DNA of 64,000 nt. Origin: Candidatus Gastranaerophilales bacterium (GTDB lineage: Bacteria; Cyanobacteriota; Vampirovibrionia; Gastranaerophilales; Gastranaerophilaceae). Shown here in pieces: positions 27,554-36,728 of this stretch (position 1 is the first letter of the stretch; every line of letters begins with the position of its first letter). The position numbers were made by a program, and so were the translations under genes. The stretch lies in assembly GCA_944322975.1 (NCBI GenBank), contig CALUQS010000038.1, forward strand, positions 190 through 64,189, written 5' to 3'. The notes under the pieces are model-generated. The model saw only the letters and a list, made by a program, of their open reading frames with translations. It ran no database searches and was not told the origin of the DNA.

Positions 27554-28439
27554 ATTTTTTCTTGTGTTTTTATCTCTGATTTTTTCAATGCAATGTTGTC
27601 TGGCTATTTCCATAGAAGATATAACAGAGCCCCTGCCGCCTGCATACAGACTCGGGGTAGGCTCTGCGCCGGAAAATAAATATAAGGTTTCAGAATCGAA
27701 CAAAGTAATAAAATCCAAAGAAGCCACTCTTGATAAAAAATCAGAGGCAATAAAAAACATCACTTATGCTGATTTGAGTTTGAAAAAAATAGCAAAAGAA
27801 ATTAGCGATGACGCAGAGCTTGAATCTGCTGACATGCTTGCTGATATACAGCTTTTATGGATAGGCGCAGCCCAAAACAGCCAGACGGTAAAATTTATTG
27901 TATACAAACTTTCCAATCCTGATGAAGACAAGCCCGATGAAAGCATTGTAAAAAAAATCATACAGCCGATTTCTACTGTGGGCAGCCTTGCCGGCATAGG
28001 TATAGGCAACCCTATTGCTGCAATTTCTTCTATAATGGGCAGCAGCGTACTTGGGTCTTTATCTGTTGACGATAAAGATTTAAACTACAAGTTCTCAAAA
28101 GTTAACGATGCTGACATGGTTGTTTTAATAAGAAAAATTGAAGAACTGCAAAGAAAAATAATCTTTTATTATTTTGATTACATGACCTCGCGTCAGGCAT
28201 TGCAGCGCTCGGACATACTTGTTGCAAAAAGAAGAAAAGATTTTAGCGATATAAAAGGTCTTTCTGACTCCCAGATAATTATGCTGGATGTTTTTTACAG
28301 AGAAGCTTTAAATAAACAGAGCAAGTTGCGTTCCGATTTTTTGTCAAAACGTTCCGCACTTGAACAGCTTGTGGGAATGGATTCAATGACACAGTTTGAA
28401 AGTGTACTTGAAAAAAGAGAGCAAAAAACCGGTAAATAA
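27540..28439 (+). CDS. Secreted coiled-coil protein, paralogue of 26675..27553
   Basis: Start placed at MKRNRFFLVFLSLIFSMQCCLA (AGAGG SD). It overlaps the upstream stop by 14 nt. Confidence 0.6.
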   Translation: MKRNRFFLVFLSLIFSMQCCLAISIEDITEPLPPAYRLGVGSAPENKYKVSESNKVIKSKEATLDKKSEAIKNITYADLSLKKIAKEISDDAELESADMLADIQLLWIGAAQNSQTVKFIVYKLSNPDEDKPDESIVKKIIQPISTVGSLAGIGIGNPIAAISSIMGSSVLGSLSVDDKDLNYKFSKVNDADMVVLIRKIEELQRKIIFYYFDYMTSRQALQRSDILVAKRRKDFSDIKGLSDSQIIMLDVFYREALNKQSKLRSDFLSKRSALEQLVGMDSMTQFESVLEKREQKTGK

Positions 28440-28446
28440 AACAATA

Positions 28447-29880
28447 TTAAATATTTTCTTTTGTTTCTTGCTGTTCATCAGGTGTTTTGATGGAATACAA
28501 ATTCTGTCCGCCGGTTGCTTTGTACAGGCTTATTGTTGAAATAAGACAGTTAATTTTGTTAGAAACCTCTTCTCTTTTTGTCATGAGCTCTGTTTGTTTG
28601 TTGTATAACAAATCAAGGTCGGATGCAGCTCCGATTTGATTTTTATGTTCCATTAAAACATATCTTTTGTGTTCAAGGTTATATCTTTCTACACTTTCGT
28701 CATAGTTTTTAAGGTCTGTTTTTAGCTGTGCAGTTGAGTCATTAACTTCTTTAAAACCTGTTAAAACAGCTTTTTCATACTCATGTCTTGCTTCTTCATA
28801 ACGATATTTTTGAAGTTTTAATACAGCCTTTTTTCTTCCGCCTGAGAACAGGTCAAATGAAGGCATAATACCTGCATTGGCTAACTGTGAATAGCTGTTA
28901 AAAAGCTGGTCCCAATGATAAGCATTAAGCCCTAACTGTCCGTATATAATAAATTTGGGTAAAAAATCCTTTCTTGCCGCACGGACATCGTAGCCTATTT
29001 TTTTGATGTTATCTTCCGATTGAATGTAATCGGGGCGCTGTTCAATTACGCTGCCGTCCATCTTTAACGGAAGACCCTGCATTATTGAAAGTTTGTCGCA
29101 GTCAGTTCTTGCAATTTCTTTTGAATTATCAGCAAGGTAAACTTTTAACTGGTTTTCTATAATCGTTTTTGTGTGTTCAAGGTTGTTTAAAAGCTCTTTT
29201 TGGGTTGTCAGCATTTTTTCTTCGGCAATAACTTCATTAACAGTGCACAGTCCGTTTTCAAATTTCTTTTGGGTTTTTTTTGCAATCTCTGTTTGCAAAT
29301 CAACAATTTGCTGCTGAATTTCGAGCAATTTATCGGTTTTTACAAGGTTAAAATAATTTGAAGCAAAAGCAGAGGTTAATGAGATATAGCTTGCACGTTC
29401 CGCCTGTTGTATCATTTCCAGCTGTTTTTTAACACTTTTGGTTCTAATTCTGTTTTGCCCCCATATATCTATTTCGTACGTTGCAGTAAACGGAAACTGG
29501 TATCCGTATTGAGCGTAACTCGGGATAATCATGTCGCCAAACTGCTGGTTGCTGGAGCGCATTACCCGTGCAAGATTGCCGTCAAAATAAACCTGCGGAA
29601 GTTCGTTGGCCAGAGAAACTTTCACCATCTGCTCGCATTCCTGCACTTTTAGGGCTGCTATTTTAAGGTCGTGGTTTTTATCGTAGAGTTCTTGTATGTA
29701 ACCTGTTAAAATCGGGTCATTGTATTTTTCCCACCACGATAAATTAAGGTATTGCAAACGTTGTGAGCGCTGCTGCTCTTCTTTTTTATTTTTTTTAGCA
29801 AAGGCGCTTGATGAGGCAAGCGGTGCAAAAATTTGCACGGCAAATAAAAGTGTTATTAATGCGGTTAGTATTTTCTTCAT
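28447..29880 (-). CDS. Outer-membrane efflux protein (TolC/OMF family)
   Basis: 477 aa with a signal peptide and the duplicated OMF repeat pattern with long helical segments. Confidence 0.85.
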   Translation of the reverse strand: MKKILTALITLLFAVQIFAPLASSSAFAKKNKKEEQQRSQRLQYLNLSWWEKYNDPILTGYIQELYDKNHDLKIAALKVQECEQMVKVSLANELPQVYFDGNLARVMRSSNQQFGDMIIPSYAQYGYQFPFTATYEIDIWGQNRIRTKSVKKQLEMIQQAERASYISLTSAFASNYFNLVKTDKLLEIQQQIVDLQTEIAKKTQKKFENGLCTVNEVIAEEKMLTTQKELLNNLEHTKTIIENQLKVYLADNSKEIARTDCDKLSIMQGLPLKMDGSVIEQRPDYIQSEDNIKKIGYDVRAARKDFLPKFIIYGQLGLNAYHWDQLFNSYSQLANAGIMPSFDLFSGGRKKAVLKLQKYRYEEARHEYEKAVLTGFKEVNDSTAQLKTDLKNYDESVERYNLEHKRYVLMEHKNQIGAASDLDLLYNKQTELMTKREEVSNKINCLISTISLYKATGGQNLYSIKTPDEQQETKENI

Positions 29881-29902
29881 AAAATTTTACTTCCATTTTT
29901 TA

Positions 29903-29930
29903 TTCTTGTGTTATGATGATAACACAAGAA
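29903..29930. promoter_or_regulatory. Perfect 12-4-12 palindrome; candidate MarR operator in the divergent tolC / marR-emrAB promoter region
   Basis: TTCTTGTGTTAT-GATG-ATAACACAAGAA, read directly. It lies 23 nt from the tolC-family start and 32 nt from the marR start. Confidence 0.6.
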
Positions 29931-29961
29931 AATTTTTAAGTACAACTTTTTTGTAAACACT

Positions 29962-30441
29962 ATGCAAAATACCGAAACAACAACTCAAAACAACCTTCTC
30001 AACAAAAGGGTAGGTGCTATGCTCGTTGCAACAGGTGTACTGTGGCGGGTCATGGCTTTGCAAAAATACGCACAAAATGGTTTTGAAATAACTCCGGAAC
30101 AGTACCTTATACTTTCTATAATTATGGATTCCGGCGGAGAGCTTTATCAAAGGCAGATTTCAGAAATTACCTACAAAGACCGTCCAAATGTAACAAGGAT
30201 TATAAATATTCTGGAAGAAAAAGGGCTGGTTAAAAGAATAGAAGACGTTAACAAACGCAAAGTTTATAAAATTGCTGTAACAAAAGAAGGAATTGAACTT
30301 AGAAAAAAAATTCAGCCGGCTATGTGGGAATTAAGGGCAAATGCAACTCATGGTATTAATGATGACGACTTACAAAATACGTTAAAAATTCTTGAACAGA
30401 TGCTTAAAAATATGAAAGACAAGGTAACTTTACAAATATAA
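29962..30441 (+). CDS. MarR-family transcriptional regulator
   Basis: 159 aa. Winged-helix region ITPEQYLILSIIMDSG.ELYQRQISEITYKDRPNVTRIINILEEKGLVKR. Confidence 0.85.
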   Translation: MQNTETTTQNNLLNKRVGAMLVATGVLWRVMALQKYAQNGFEITPEQYLILSIIMDSGGELYQRQISEITYKDRPNVTRIINILEEKGLVKRIEDVNKRKVYKIAVTKEGIELRKKIQPAMWELRANATHGINDDDLQNTLKILEQMLKNMKDKVTLQI

Positions 30442-30475
30442 AAATTTAGAAATAAAGACAATCAGAGGAAAATAT

Positions 30476-31606
30476 ATGAGTAACGAACAAAACAAAAACA
30501 CAATTAAACCTGAAGATGAAAATATAAAACAGCAAGATAATCAGTCCGATACTGACGACACAAACGAAGAAGACGGCGAAGACCACAGACCCAGCTATAA
30601 AAAGAAAAGAGTTATAGTTCCGTCTGTCACCGCTATTTTATTTTTCTTTATAGGAATTTATTTCATGGTGCATGCATTGCACTTTCAATCAACAGATGAC
30701 GCTTTTGTAGAAGGGCATATAGTTTCTGTAGCGCCGAGGGTTTCCGGCCCTGTTATAGAAATGCTTATTGACGATAACAAACCTGTTAAAAAAGGCGATT
30801 TGCTTATTGTTATTGACCCGAGCGACTACGAGGCAAAACTTGCTCAGTCAAAAGCCAAACTTGCAGAAGCTAAAGCAACTTTAAATATCTCAGAAAAAGA
30901 TATAACAAGGTCAAAATCAGGACTGGAAGAATCAACACATGATATTGCATCAACAACATCAAAACTTGATTTTGCGAAAAAAGATTACAAAAGATACACT
31001 GCAATGTATAAAGAAGGCATAGCTTCCAAGCAGGAATATGATTCCAGCAAAACAGCCTTAACAGTTGCAAAATCTAACCACAATTCTGCAATAGAAAGAC
31101 AAAAAGCTGCAAAAGCTATGCTCGACAGTGCAAAAGCAAAAAAAGAGGCAACTTTAGCAGAAATTCAAAAACTTGAGGCAGAAGTTAAAACTGACGAATT
31201 AAACCTGTCTTATACAAAGATTTATGCCCCGCAAGACGGCTTGATTACAAACAGAACAGTTGAATTAGGTAATTATCTGCAGACAGCGCAGCCTATGTTT
31301 GCTATTGTTCCGGAAAAAGTATGGGTTGTTGCTAACTTTAAAGAAACCCAGCTTACATATATGAAAGCCGGGCAGCCTGTTTCTATAAAAATAGACACAT
31401 ACCCAGGCAAAAAATTCAAAGGCAAAGTTGACAGCATCCAGCGTTCTACAGGTGCTAAAGCTAGTTTATTCCCTCCGGAAAACGCTGTAGGCAGTTATGT
31501 AAAAATCGTACAGAGGGTGCCTGTAAAAATAATTTTTGAAGAAGATATTTCAAACTACAATATAGTACCCGGTATGTCGGTAGTGCCGGAAGTTAAGGTC
31601 AGATAA
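30476..31606 (+). CDS. HlyD/EmrA-family membrane fusion protein
   Basis: 376 aa. N-terminal TM, biotinyl-lipoyl-like hairpin (VSGPVIEMLIDDNKPVKKGDLLIVIDPSDY), a long coiled coil and YTKIYAPQDGLITNRTVELGNY. Confidence 0.85.
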   Translation: MSNEQNKNTIKPEDENIKQQDNQSDTDDTNEEDGEDHRPSYKKKRVIVPSVTAILFFFIGIYFMVHALHFQSTDDAFVEGHIVSVAPRVSGPVIEMLIDDNKPVKKGDLLIVIDPSDYEAKLAQSKAKLAEAKATLNISEKDITRSKSGLEESTHDIASTTSKLDFAKKDYKRYTAMYKEGIASKQEYDSSKTALTVAKSNHNSAIERQKAAKAMLDSAKAKKEATLAEIQKLEAEVKTDELNLSYTKIYAPQDGLITNRTVELGNYLQTAQPMFAIVPEKVWVVANFKETQLTYMKAGQPVSIKIDTYPGKKFKGKVDSIQRSTGAKASLFPPENAVGSYVKIVQRVPVKIIFEEDISNYNIVPGMSVVPEVKVR

Positions 31607-31621
31607 GGGAGAAAAACTTAG

Positions 31622-33187
31622 ATGACCACGACTGAAGTTGTAACCCAGACAGGAAACCCTCTCCCTGATATAAAACATCAAAAAGAAGTACCAATATGGC
31701 TTGTTGCAATATCCATACTTTTGCCGACAGCTTTTGCAATGCTTGCTACATCTGCGACAAACGTTGCTATACCTTATATTGCCGGATACTTTGGTTCAAC
31801 GGTTGATGAGGCAAACTGGGTTATCACAATCTATATGATAGCTAACGCGATTTTGATTCCCCTGACCGGCTGGCTTGAAAATTACATGGGCAGGGTAATG
31901 TTTTTAAAAGTGTTTATTGCAATTTTTACTATCGGTTCGGTGATTTGTGCTCTGGCGCCGAGTTTAAATATGCTGGTTCTGGGAAGGCTTATTCAGGGGA
32001 TAGGCGGAGGCCCGATGATGCCTATTTCTCAGGCAATTTTAATTGCAAGTTTTCCGTATAACAAACGCGGTCAGGCAATGGCTTTGTTTGCTCTGGCTGT
32101 GATGGTGTTTTCTATCATGGGGCCGACATTCGGCGGTTTTATTGTTGATAACTCGGCGTGGCAGTGGATTTATTTTGCCAATATTCCTGTGGGAATTTTT
32201 TCTATTGTTCTTGTCCACTGTAATATCGTTGAACTTAAAAACAGGGTTAAGCCCGATAAAATTGATTATATAGGTTTTGTTGCTCTAGTATTATGGCTTA
32301 TGTCAATGCAGATTGTACTTGATAAAGGGCAGCAGTATAACTGGTTTGATTGCACATGGATTTGCTGGCTTGCCGGTATTTCTTTGTTTTCGTTTATATT
32401 TTTTATTGTCTGGGAGCTTGAATATCACAGTCCGATTGTTAATTTGCGTATTTTTAAAGATAAAAACTTTTTTATAGGTACAATACTTGGGTCGTCTGTT
32501 AATATGATTATCTATGTAACAATTGTGCTTTTACCGAGCTTTTTACAGAGTCTTATGGGCTACACGGCTATGCTGAGCGGTATGTCTTTGGCCCCGAGAG
32601 TATTTTCCTGTATAATTATGCTTTTAATAATAGGACCGATGGTTGAATTTTTGGATAACCGTATATTGATAGCCTCAGGGTTCTTCTTTTTAGGTTTATC
32701 AACTATTATGTATGCTAATTTAAACCTTGCCATATCGTTTAATTACGTTGTAGTCCCTAATGTTCTTATGGGGGTCGGGGTAATTCTTGTATTTATTCCG
32801 GTGTCCGGTCTGGTATTGGGAACACTTCCAAAATCCGAACTCTCTAACGGTGCAGGCTTGCACAGTCTTTGCAAGTGTGTAATGACGGCCTTTGTTGTAT
32901 CAATGTCATCAACTCTTGTTGCAAGGCTTTCACAGGTTCATCAAACATACCTTGTACACAACCTGTCAAACTTTAACCTTGCTTTTCAAACAAGACTTCA
33001 TTCATTGGCCGGTAATTTCATGCAATTTGCCTCGAATTATGCAACCCATAAGGCCGGAGGACTTTTATACAAGCAAATGCTCTCTCAGGCAAAATTAATG
33101 GCTTACGTTGATGTGTTTGAGATGTTTGCGCTTATAGCTTTTATATTAATCCCTTTCGGGTTCTTGTTAAAAGTCCCCAAAAAATAA
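31622..33187 (+). CDS. MFS drug:H+ antiporter, DHA2 (EmrB/QacA) type
   Basis: 521 aa, about 14 hydrophobic segments, with an LGRLIQGIGGGPMMP motif. Confidence 0.85.
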   Translation: MTTTEVVTQTGNPLPDIKHQKEVPIWLVAISILLPTAFAMLATSATNVAIPYIAGYFGSTVDEANWVITIYMIANAILIPLTGWLENYMGRVMFLKVFIAIFTIGSVICALAPSLNMLVLGRLIQGIGGGPMMPISQAILIASFPYNKRGQAMALFALAVMVFSIMGPTFGGFIVDNSAWQWIYFANIPVGIFSIVLVHCNIVELKNRVKPDKIDYIGFVALVLWLMSMQIVLDKGQQYNWFDCTWICWLAGISLFSFIFFIVWELEYHSPIVNLRIFKDKNFFIGTILGSSVNMIIYVTIVLLPSFLQSLMGYTAMLSGMSLAPRVFSCIIMLLIIGPMVEFLDNRILIASGFFFLGLSTIMYANLNLAISFNYVVVPNVLMGVGVILVFIPVSGLVLGTLPKSELSNGAGLHSLCKCVMTAFVVSMSSTLVARLSQVHQTYLVHNLSNFNLAFQTRLHSLAGNFMQFASNYATHKAGGLLYKQMLSQAKLMAYVDVFEMFALIAFILIPFGFLLKVPKK

Positions 33188-33204
33188 TTAACCGATAAAT
33201 TACA

Positions 33205-33233
33205 CGAAAACCCGGAACAACTTCCGGGTTTCG
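33205..33233. terminator. Hairpin between convergent emrB-like and yajQ genes (bidirectional terminator candidate)
   Basis: AAACCCGGAA-CAAC-TTCCGGGTTT 10-bp stem with A/T-rich flanks. Confidence 0.6.
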
Positions 33234-33257
33234 TAAAATTTTATTTCCTTATTTAAA

Positions 33258-33758
33258 TCATCTGTAATTTTGAAACTGTAAAGGTATATCATAAGATTCT
33301 TCGTTTCCTTTTAGCAATTTAATTACGTCTTGCAAATCGTCTTTGCTTTTGCCGGAAACTCTGACCTGATCGCCCTGTATTGAGGCTTGAACTTTAATTT
33401 TTGAGTTCTTGATGTCAGCAACTATTTTTTTAGCAAGCTCTGCTGACAATCCTTTTTTAAGATTAAACACCTGTCTGACATTTCCGCCAAGTGCGTTTTC
33501 TACAGGCTGTGGGTCTAAAATTTTTATGTTAATATTCCTTTTTACGAGCTTTGTTTGCAATATATCCAGAATGTTTCTAAGTTTCATATCATCGCTTGTT
33601 GTGATAGTTATAGATTTATCCGAATCAAGCTCTATGTCCGAATTTGTGTTTTTTAAATCAAATCTTGATGTCAATTCTCTTTTTGTCTGGTCAACAGCGT
33701 TAACAAGTTCTTGTTTATCGAATTCCGAAACAACATCAAAACTGCACTCTTTAGCCAT
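33258..33758 (-). CDS. yajQ: YajQ-family nucleotide-binding protein (UPF0234)
   Basis: 166 aa. SFDVVSEFDKQELVNAVDQTKRELTSRFDLK...KIKVQASIQGDQVRVSGKSKDDLQ matches the YajQ pattern. Confidence 0.85.
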   Translation of the reverse strand: MAKECSFDVVSEFDKQELVNAVDQTKRELTSRFDLKNTNSDIELDSDKSITITTSDDMKLRNILDILQTKLVKRNINIKILDPQPVENALGGNVRQVFNLKKGLSAELAKKIVADIKNSKIKVQASIQGDQVRVSGKSKDDLQDVIKLLKGNEESYDIPLQFQNYR

Positions 33759-33812
33759 AATAACCTCCTTAATAAACTATCCGATTGTGTTATTATAGCA
33801 AACTTTTTTAAC

Positions 33813-34658
33813 TTAGTCTAAAATTTGGACTCTTGAGCCGTTGCCGTAGTTTCGGTTTCTTAAGTAGCTTCTTGTATTACTGCTGTATTCGTTTCTGAGC
33901 CCCATGCCCGGGTCAAACTGACTGTAAGGGTCATATATAGGAGGCGTATAGCCTGTCATTGTGCCGTAACCTCCACCGAACATTGAACCGAACATGTTTT
34001 TTAAAAATCCTCCAAAGCCCCTGCTGTTATTGTTGTTCCAATATCCGTATGAAGGCGGATAATATGCCATGGGGGCAGATGTTGTATACTGCTGCGGATA
34101 AATGGTTTGAGGTGAAATTGTCTGCGATTGTATTATTTCCGGATATGAATTGTAATGTTTAGAGGCTGTTTTTATAGTCTCTAATCTTGATTTTAGATTA
34201 CCGCTTTGCATTGCGCCGAGCATCTCTTTTTCCATTCTTGTTATTCGGGATTCTGTGTCATCAAATTCATATGTCCTGCCTAAGACTTTTCTCTCCAGTT
34301 TTACGAGGTCATTATTGGAAATATTATACATAACGCCTGAATCCATATTCTTGGTAATATTATCCATTCTGGCTGCCAGTGCAAGATTGTTAAAAGTTCT
34401 TTTAAAAAGTCTTCTCTCTATTCTTGACAACCTGTTATAAATATTTTGTTTTTCATATCCTCTTTTAAATAGAGCATACTCTATCCGGGTAATCTTTGGA
34501 TAACTCTCATTTACCCCGGGAGCCTGATACGGGTTATAAGGTACAGCAAGAGGGTTTATTCTCAATGGCTGAAAGGTTTTCACTTTATATGCGTGTGCCG
34601 GCATACTTAAAAACAACAATGTTAACGATAATCCAAGTAAAACCTTTTTGATATGCAT
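33813..34658 (-). CDS. Secreted protein with four tandem R-[IL]-E-x-x-[LV]-[FL]-[GK]-R-type repeats and a G/Y/N/P-rich tail
   Basis: Signal peptide MHIKKVLLGLSLTLLFLSMPAHA. Repeats RIEYALFKRGY / RIERRLFKRTF / KLERKVLGRTY / RMEKEMLGAM, then a low-complexity C-terminus. Confidence 0.55.
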   Translation of the reverse strand: MHIKKVLLGLSLTLLFLSMPAHAYKVKTFQPLRINPLAVPYNPYQAPGVNESYPKITRIEYALFKRGYEKQNIYNRLSRIERRLFKRTFNNLALAARMDNITKNMDSGVMYNISNNDLVKLERKVLGRTYEFDDTESRITRMEKEMLGAMQSGNLKSRLETIKTASKHYNSYPEIIQSQTISPQTIYPQQYTTSAPMAYYPPSYGYWNNNNSRGFGGFLKNMFGSMFGGGYGTMTGYTPPIYDPYSQFDPGMGLRNEYSSNTRSYLRNRNYGNGSRVQILD

Positions 34659-34748
34659 AGTAACCCCCTGTCTTAAGATTGCATTTATAATACAAACTTA
34701 GAGAAGTTTAGCGGGTCATGCATCAGACAACAAACTAAAAGCCTAAGG

Positions 34749-35357
34749 CTATGTTGAATCTTTTAGAATTTTAATTGTAATATCAAGGTCCCGCTCAAGC
34801 ATATCTATCTGCTCTTGCAGGCTGTCTTTACTGTATATTTGTCCTTCACCTTGCGCGGCAAGGTATTTTATATATACAAGCGCCTCGCATCTTAAGGTGG
34901 CAACAGATCTGACATGTGCTGCTATATTTTGCAGTTTTGAAAAAGAAATATAGTATCGTTCAGGTTTTTCTGCATATTTTTGTGCAATATAGTCAGCGTG
35001 GTCGATTATTGAACTTGAAATTGCGTTGAATTTTTGTATGCTATCGTTGTTTTGTATACATTTTTGCAGCTTTTCCAATAACGGAATTACATCATTTAAG
35101 TCATTAATATATGGCGATGATTTGTCTTTTTTTAAAATTATGTCAATATAAGAAGGATTTTCTTTTGGAACATTTTTGAATTGCGCCGGATGGTCAAATT
35201 CGTCAATAGTTCTGTAAAAAGGTTGAGTTTCTTCTATTGTTGTTCTTTTATATTCAAACTGTGTGTTTATATCCGGCAGACTGCCTTTGTAGCCTGAGCC
35301 GCTGCATATAATAATGCAGAATATTAATATTGGCAGTTTGTATAAAGTATTTTTCAT
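34749..35357 (-). CDS. Hypothetical lipoprotein-like protein
   Basis: Start placed at MKNTLYKLPILIFCIIICSGSG (lipobox-like IICSG). Helical remainder. Confidence 0.5.
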   Translation of the reverse strand: MKNTLYKLPILIFCIIICSGSGYKGSLPDINTQFEYKRTTIEETQPFYRTIDEFDHPAQFKNVPKENPSYIDIILKKDKSSPYINDLNDVIPLLEKLQKCIQNNDSIQKFNAISSSIIDHADYIAQKYAEKPERYYISFSKLQNIAAHVRSVATLRCEALVYIKYLAAQGEGQIYSKDSLQEQIDMLERDLDITIKILKDST

Positions 35358-35430
35358 AATTATTATTATAACGGATTTTTGTTGTGTGTCATATTTTGAC
35401 TTCAACATGTTTTCAACATATCATATTTGT

Positions 35431-36660
35431 ATGAATTTATTTGACTCGCTGGAAAATTCTAATAAACAGGTGCCGCTTGCTGAATTGTTGCGGCCCAAAA
35501 CGCTCGAGGAATACCTCGGGCAAAATCAAATTGTCGGGGCGAATGCAGCTTTCATGAACCTATTGCGATCGGGCAGGCTGTTTTCCTGTATATTCTGGGG
35601 ACCACCCGGCTGCGGTAAAACTACGCTTGCCAGACTTATTGCCTCGAACACAAACAGCGAATTTATTGAAATCAGTGCGGTTAATTCCGGTATTAAGGAT
35701 ATAAAAGACTGTGTTGAAAAAGCCAGAGAAAATTTAAGATACAATAAAAAAACCATTCTTTTTATTGATGAAATACACAGATACAGTAAAACCCAGCAGG
35801 ATGCCCTGCTTCCGTATCTTGAAAACGGCACTCTGTATTTAATAGGTTCAACTACGGAAAATCCCTCTTTTCAAGTTGTTCCTGCGCTGATATCACGCGT
35901 TCAGGTTTTAATGCTTCAGCCTATTGATGAAGATAACATGTACTCTATTGTACAAAAGGGTTTTACCTACCTTTCTGAAAAACACGGGCCGATTGTATTA
36001 AAACAGCAGGTGATTGACTTCATTGTAAAATACTCGGGCGGAGATGCAAGACTAGCTTTAAATCTTGTTGAAAATTCGTACTTTGCGGCTGATTACAAAG
36101 ACAATAAAAGAACCCTTTCCATAGAAATACTCGAAAGCCTTGCACAGGAAAAGACTATAAAGTATTCAAGGCAGGAACACTATGACATGGCGTCTGCTTT
36201 CCAAAAAAGTATGAGAGGTTCAGATAAAAATGCCGCTATATACTGGATGGCAAAGATGATAGCAGGAGGGGAAGACCCGAGATTTATAGCCAGACGTATG
36301 ATTGTGTGTGCTGCTGAGGATGTCGGGCTTGCTGACCCGAATGCCTTTAACATTGCAACAAATGCCTATAAAGCTGTTGAGCTTTTGGGTCTGCCAGAGG
36401 GGCGTATTCCCCTTGCGCTTGCTGTTGCTTATATTTGTGATGCACCAAAGTCTAATAAAGCTATTTGTGCTATTGATTCTGCACTATCTGATATTATGAG
36501 CGGATTGGATTATCCGCCGCCAATGCATTTAAGAGATGCACATTATAAAGATGCTCAAAAATACGGTTTTGGTAAAGGATATGTATATACACACAGCAAT
36601 CCTGACTACAAGCAGCAGTTTATGCCCGATGAGCTGGTTGATAAAAAATATTTTAATTAA
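35431..36660 (+). CDS. rarA: Replication-associated recombination protein A (RarA/MgsA AAA+ ATPase)
   Basis: Walker A GPPGCGKTTLARLIA, Walker B ILFIDEIHR, MgsA C-terminal region (SMRGSDKNAAIYWMAKMI..GEDPRFIARRMIVCAAEDVG). Start placed at MNLFDSLEN. Confidence 0.9.
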   Translation: MNLFDSLENSNKQVPLAELLRPKTLEEYLGQNQIVGANAAFMNLLRSGRLFSCIFWGPPGCGKTTLARLIASNTNSEFIEISAVNSGIKDIKDCVEKARENLRYNKKTILFIDEIHRYSKTQQDALLPYLENGTLYLIGSTTENPSFQVVPALISRVQVLMLQPIDEDNMYSIVQKGFTYLSEKHGPIVLKQQVIDFIVKYSGGDARLALNLVENSYFAADYKDNKRTLSIEILESLAQEKTIKYSRQEHYDMASAFQKSMRGSDKNAAIYWMAKMIAGGEDPRFIARRMIVCAAEDVGLADPNAFNIATNAYKAVELLGLPEGRIPLALAVAYICDAPKSNKAICAIDSALSDIMSGLDYPPPMHLRDAHYKDAQKYGFGKGYVYTHSNPDYKQQFMPDELVDKKYFN

Positions 36661-36662
36661 GT

Positions 36663-36703
36663 AAAAAGCCAAATTCATTTTTTTTGAATTTGGCTTTGTT
36701 TTT
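36663..36703. terminator. Bidirectional rho-independent terminator between rarA and 36729..37265
   Basis: AAAGCCAAATTCA-TTTTTTT-TGAATTTGGCTTT 13-bp stem, with A-rich 5' and T-rich 3' flanks. Confidence 0.75.
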
Positions 36704-36728
36704 GGTGTATTTGTGATTATCAAAATTA

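Noticed and set aside
33191-33198. ACCGATAA octamer on the plus strand just after the emrB-like stop.
   Set aside because: There is no TAAA at N15 or N16 upstream. It also points into a terminator hairpin and a convergent gene, so it is not a plausible promoter.
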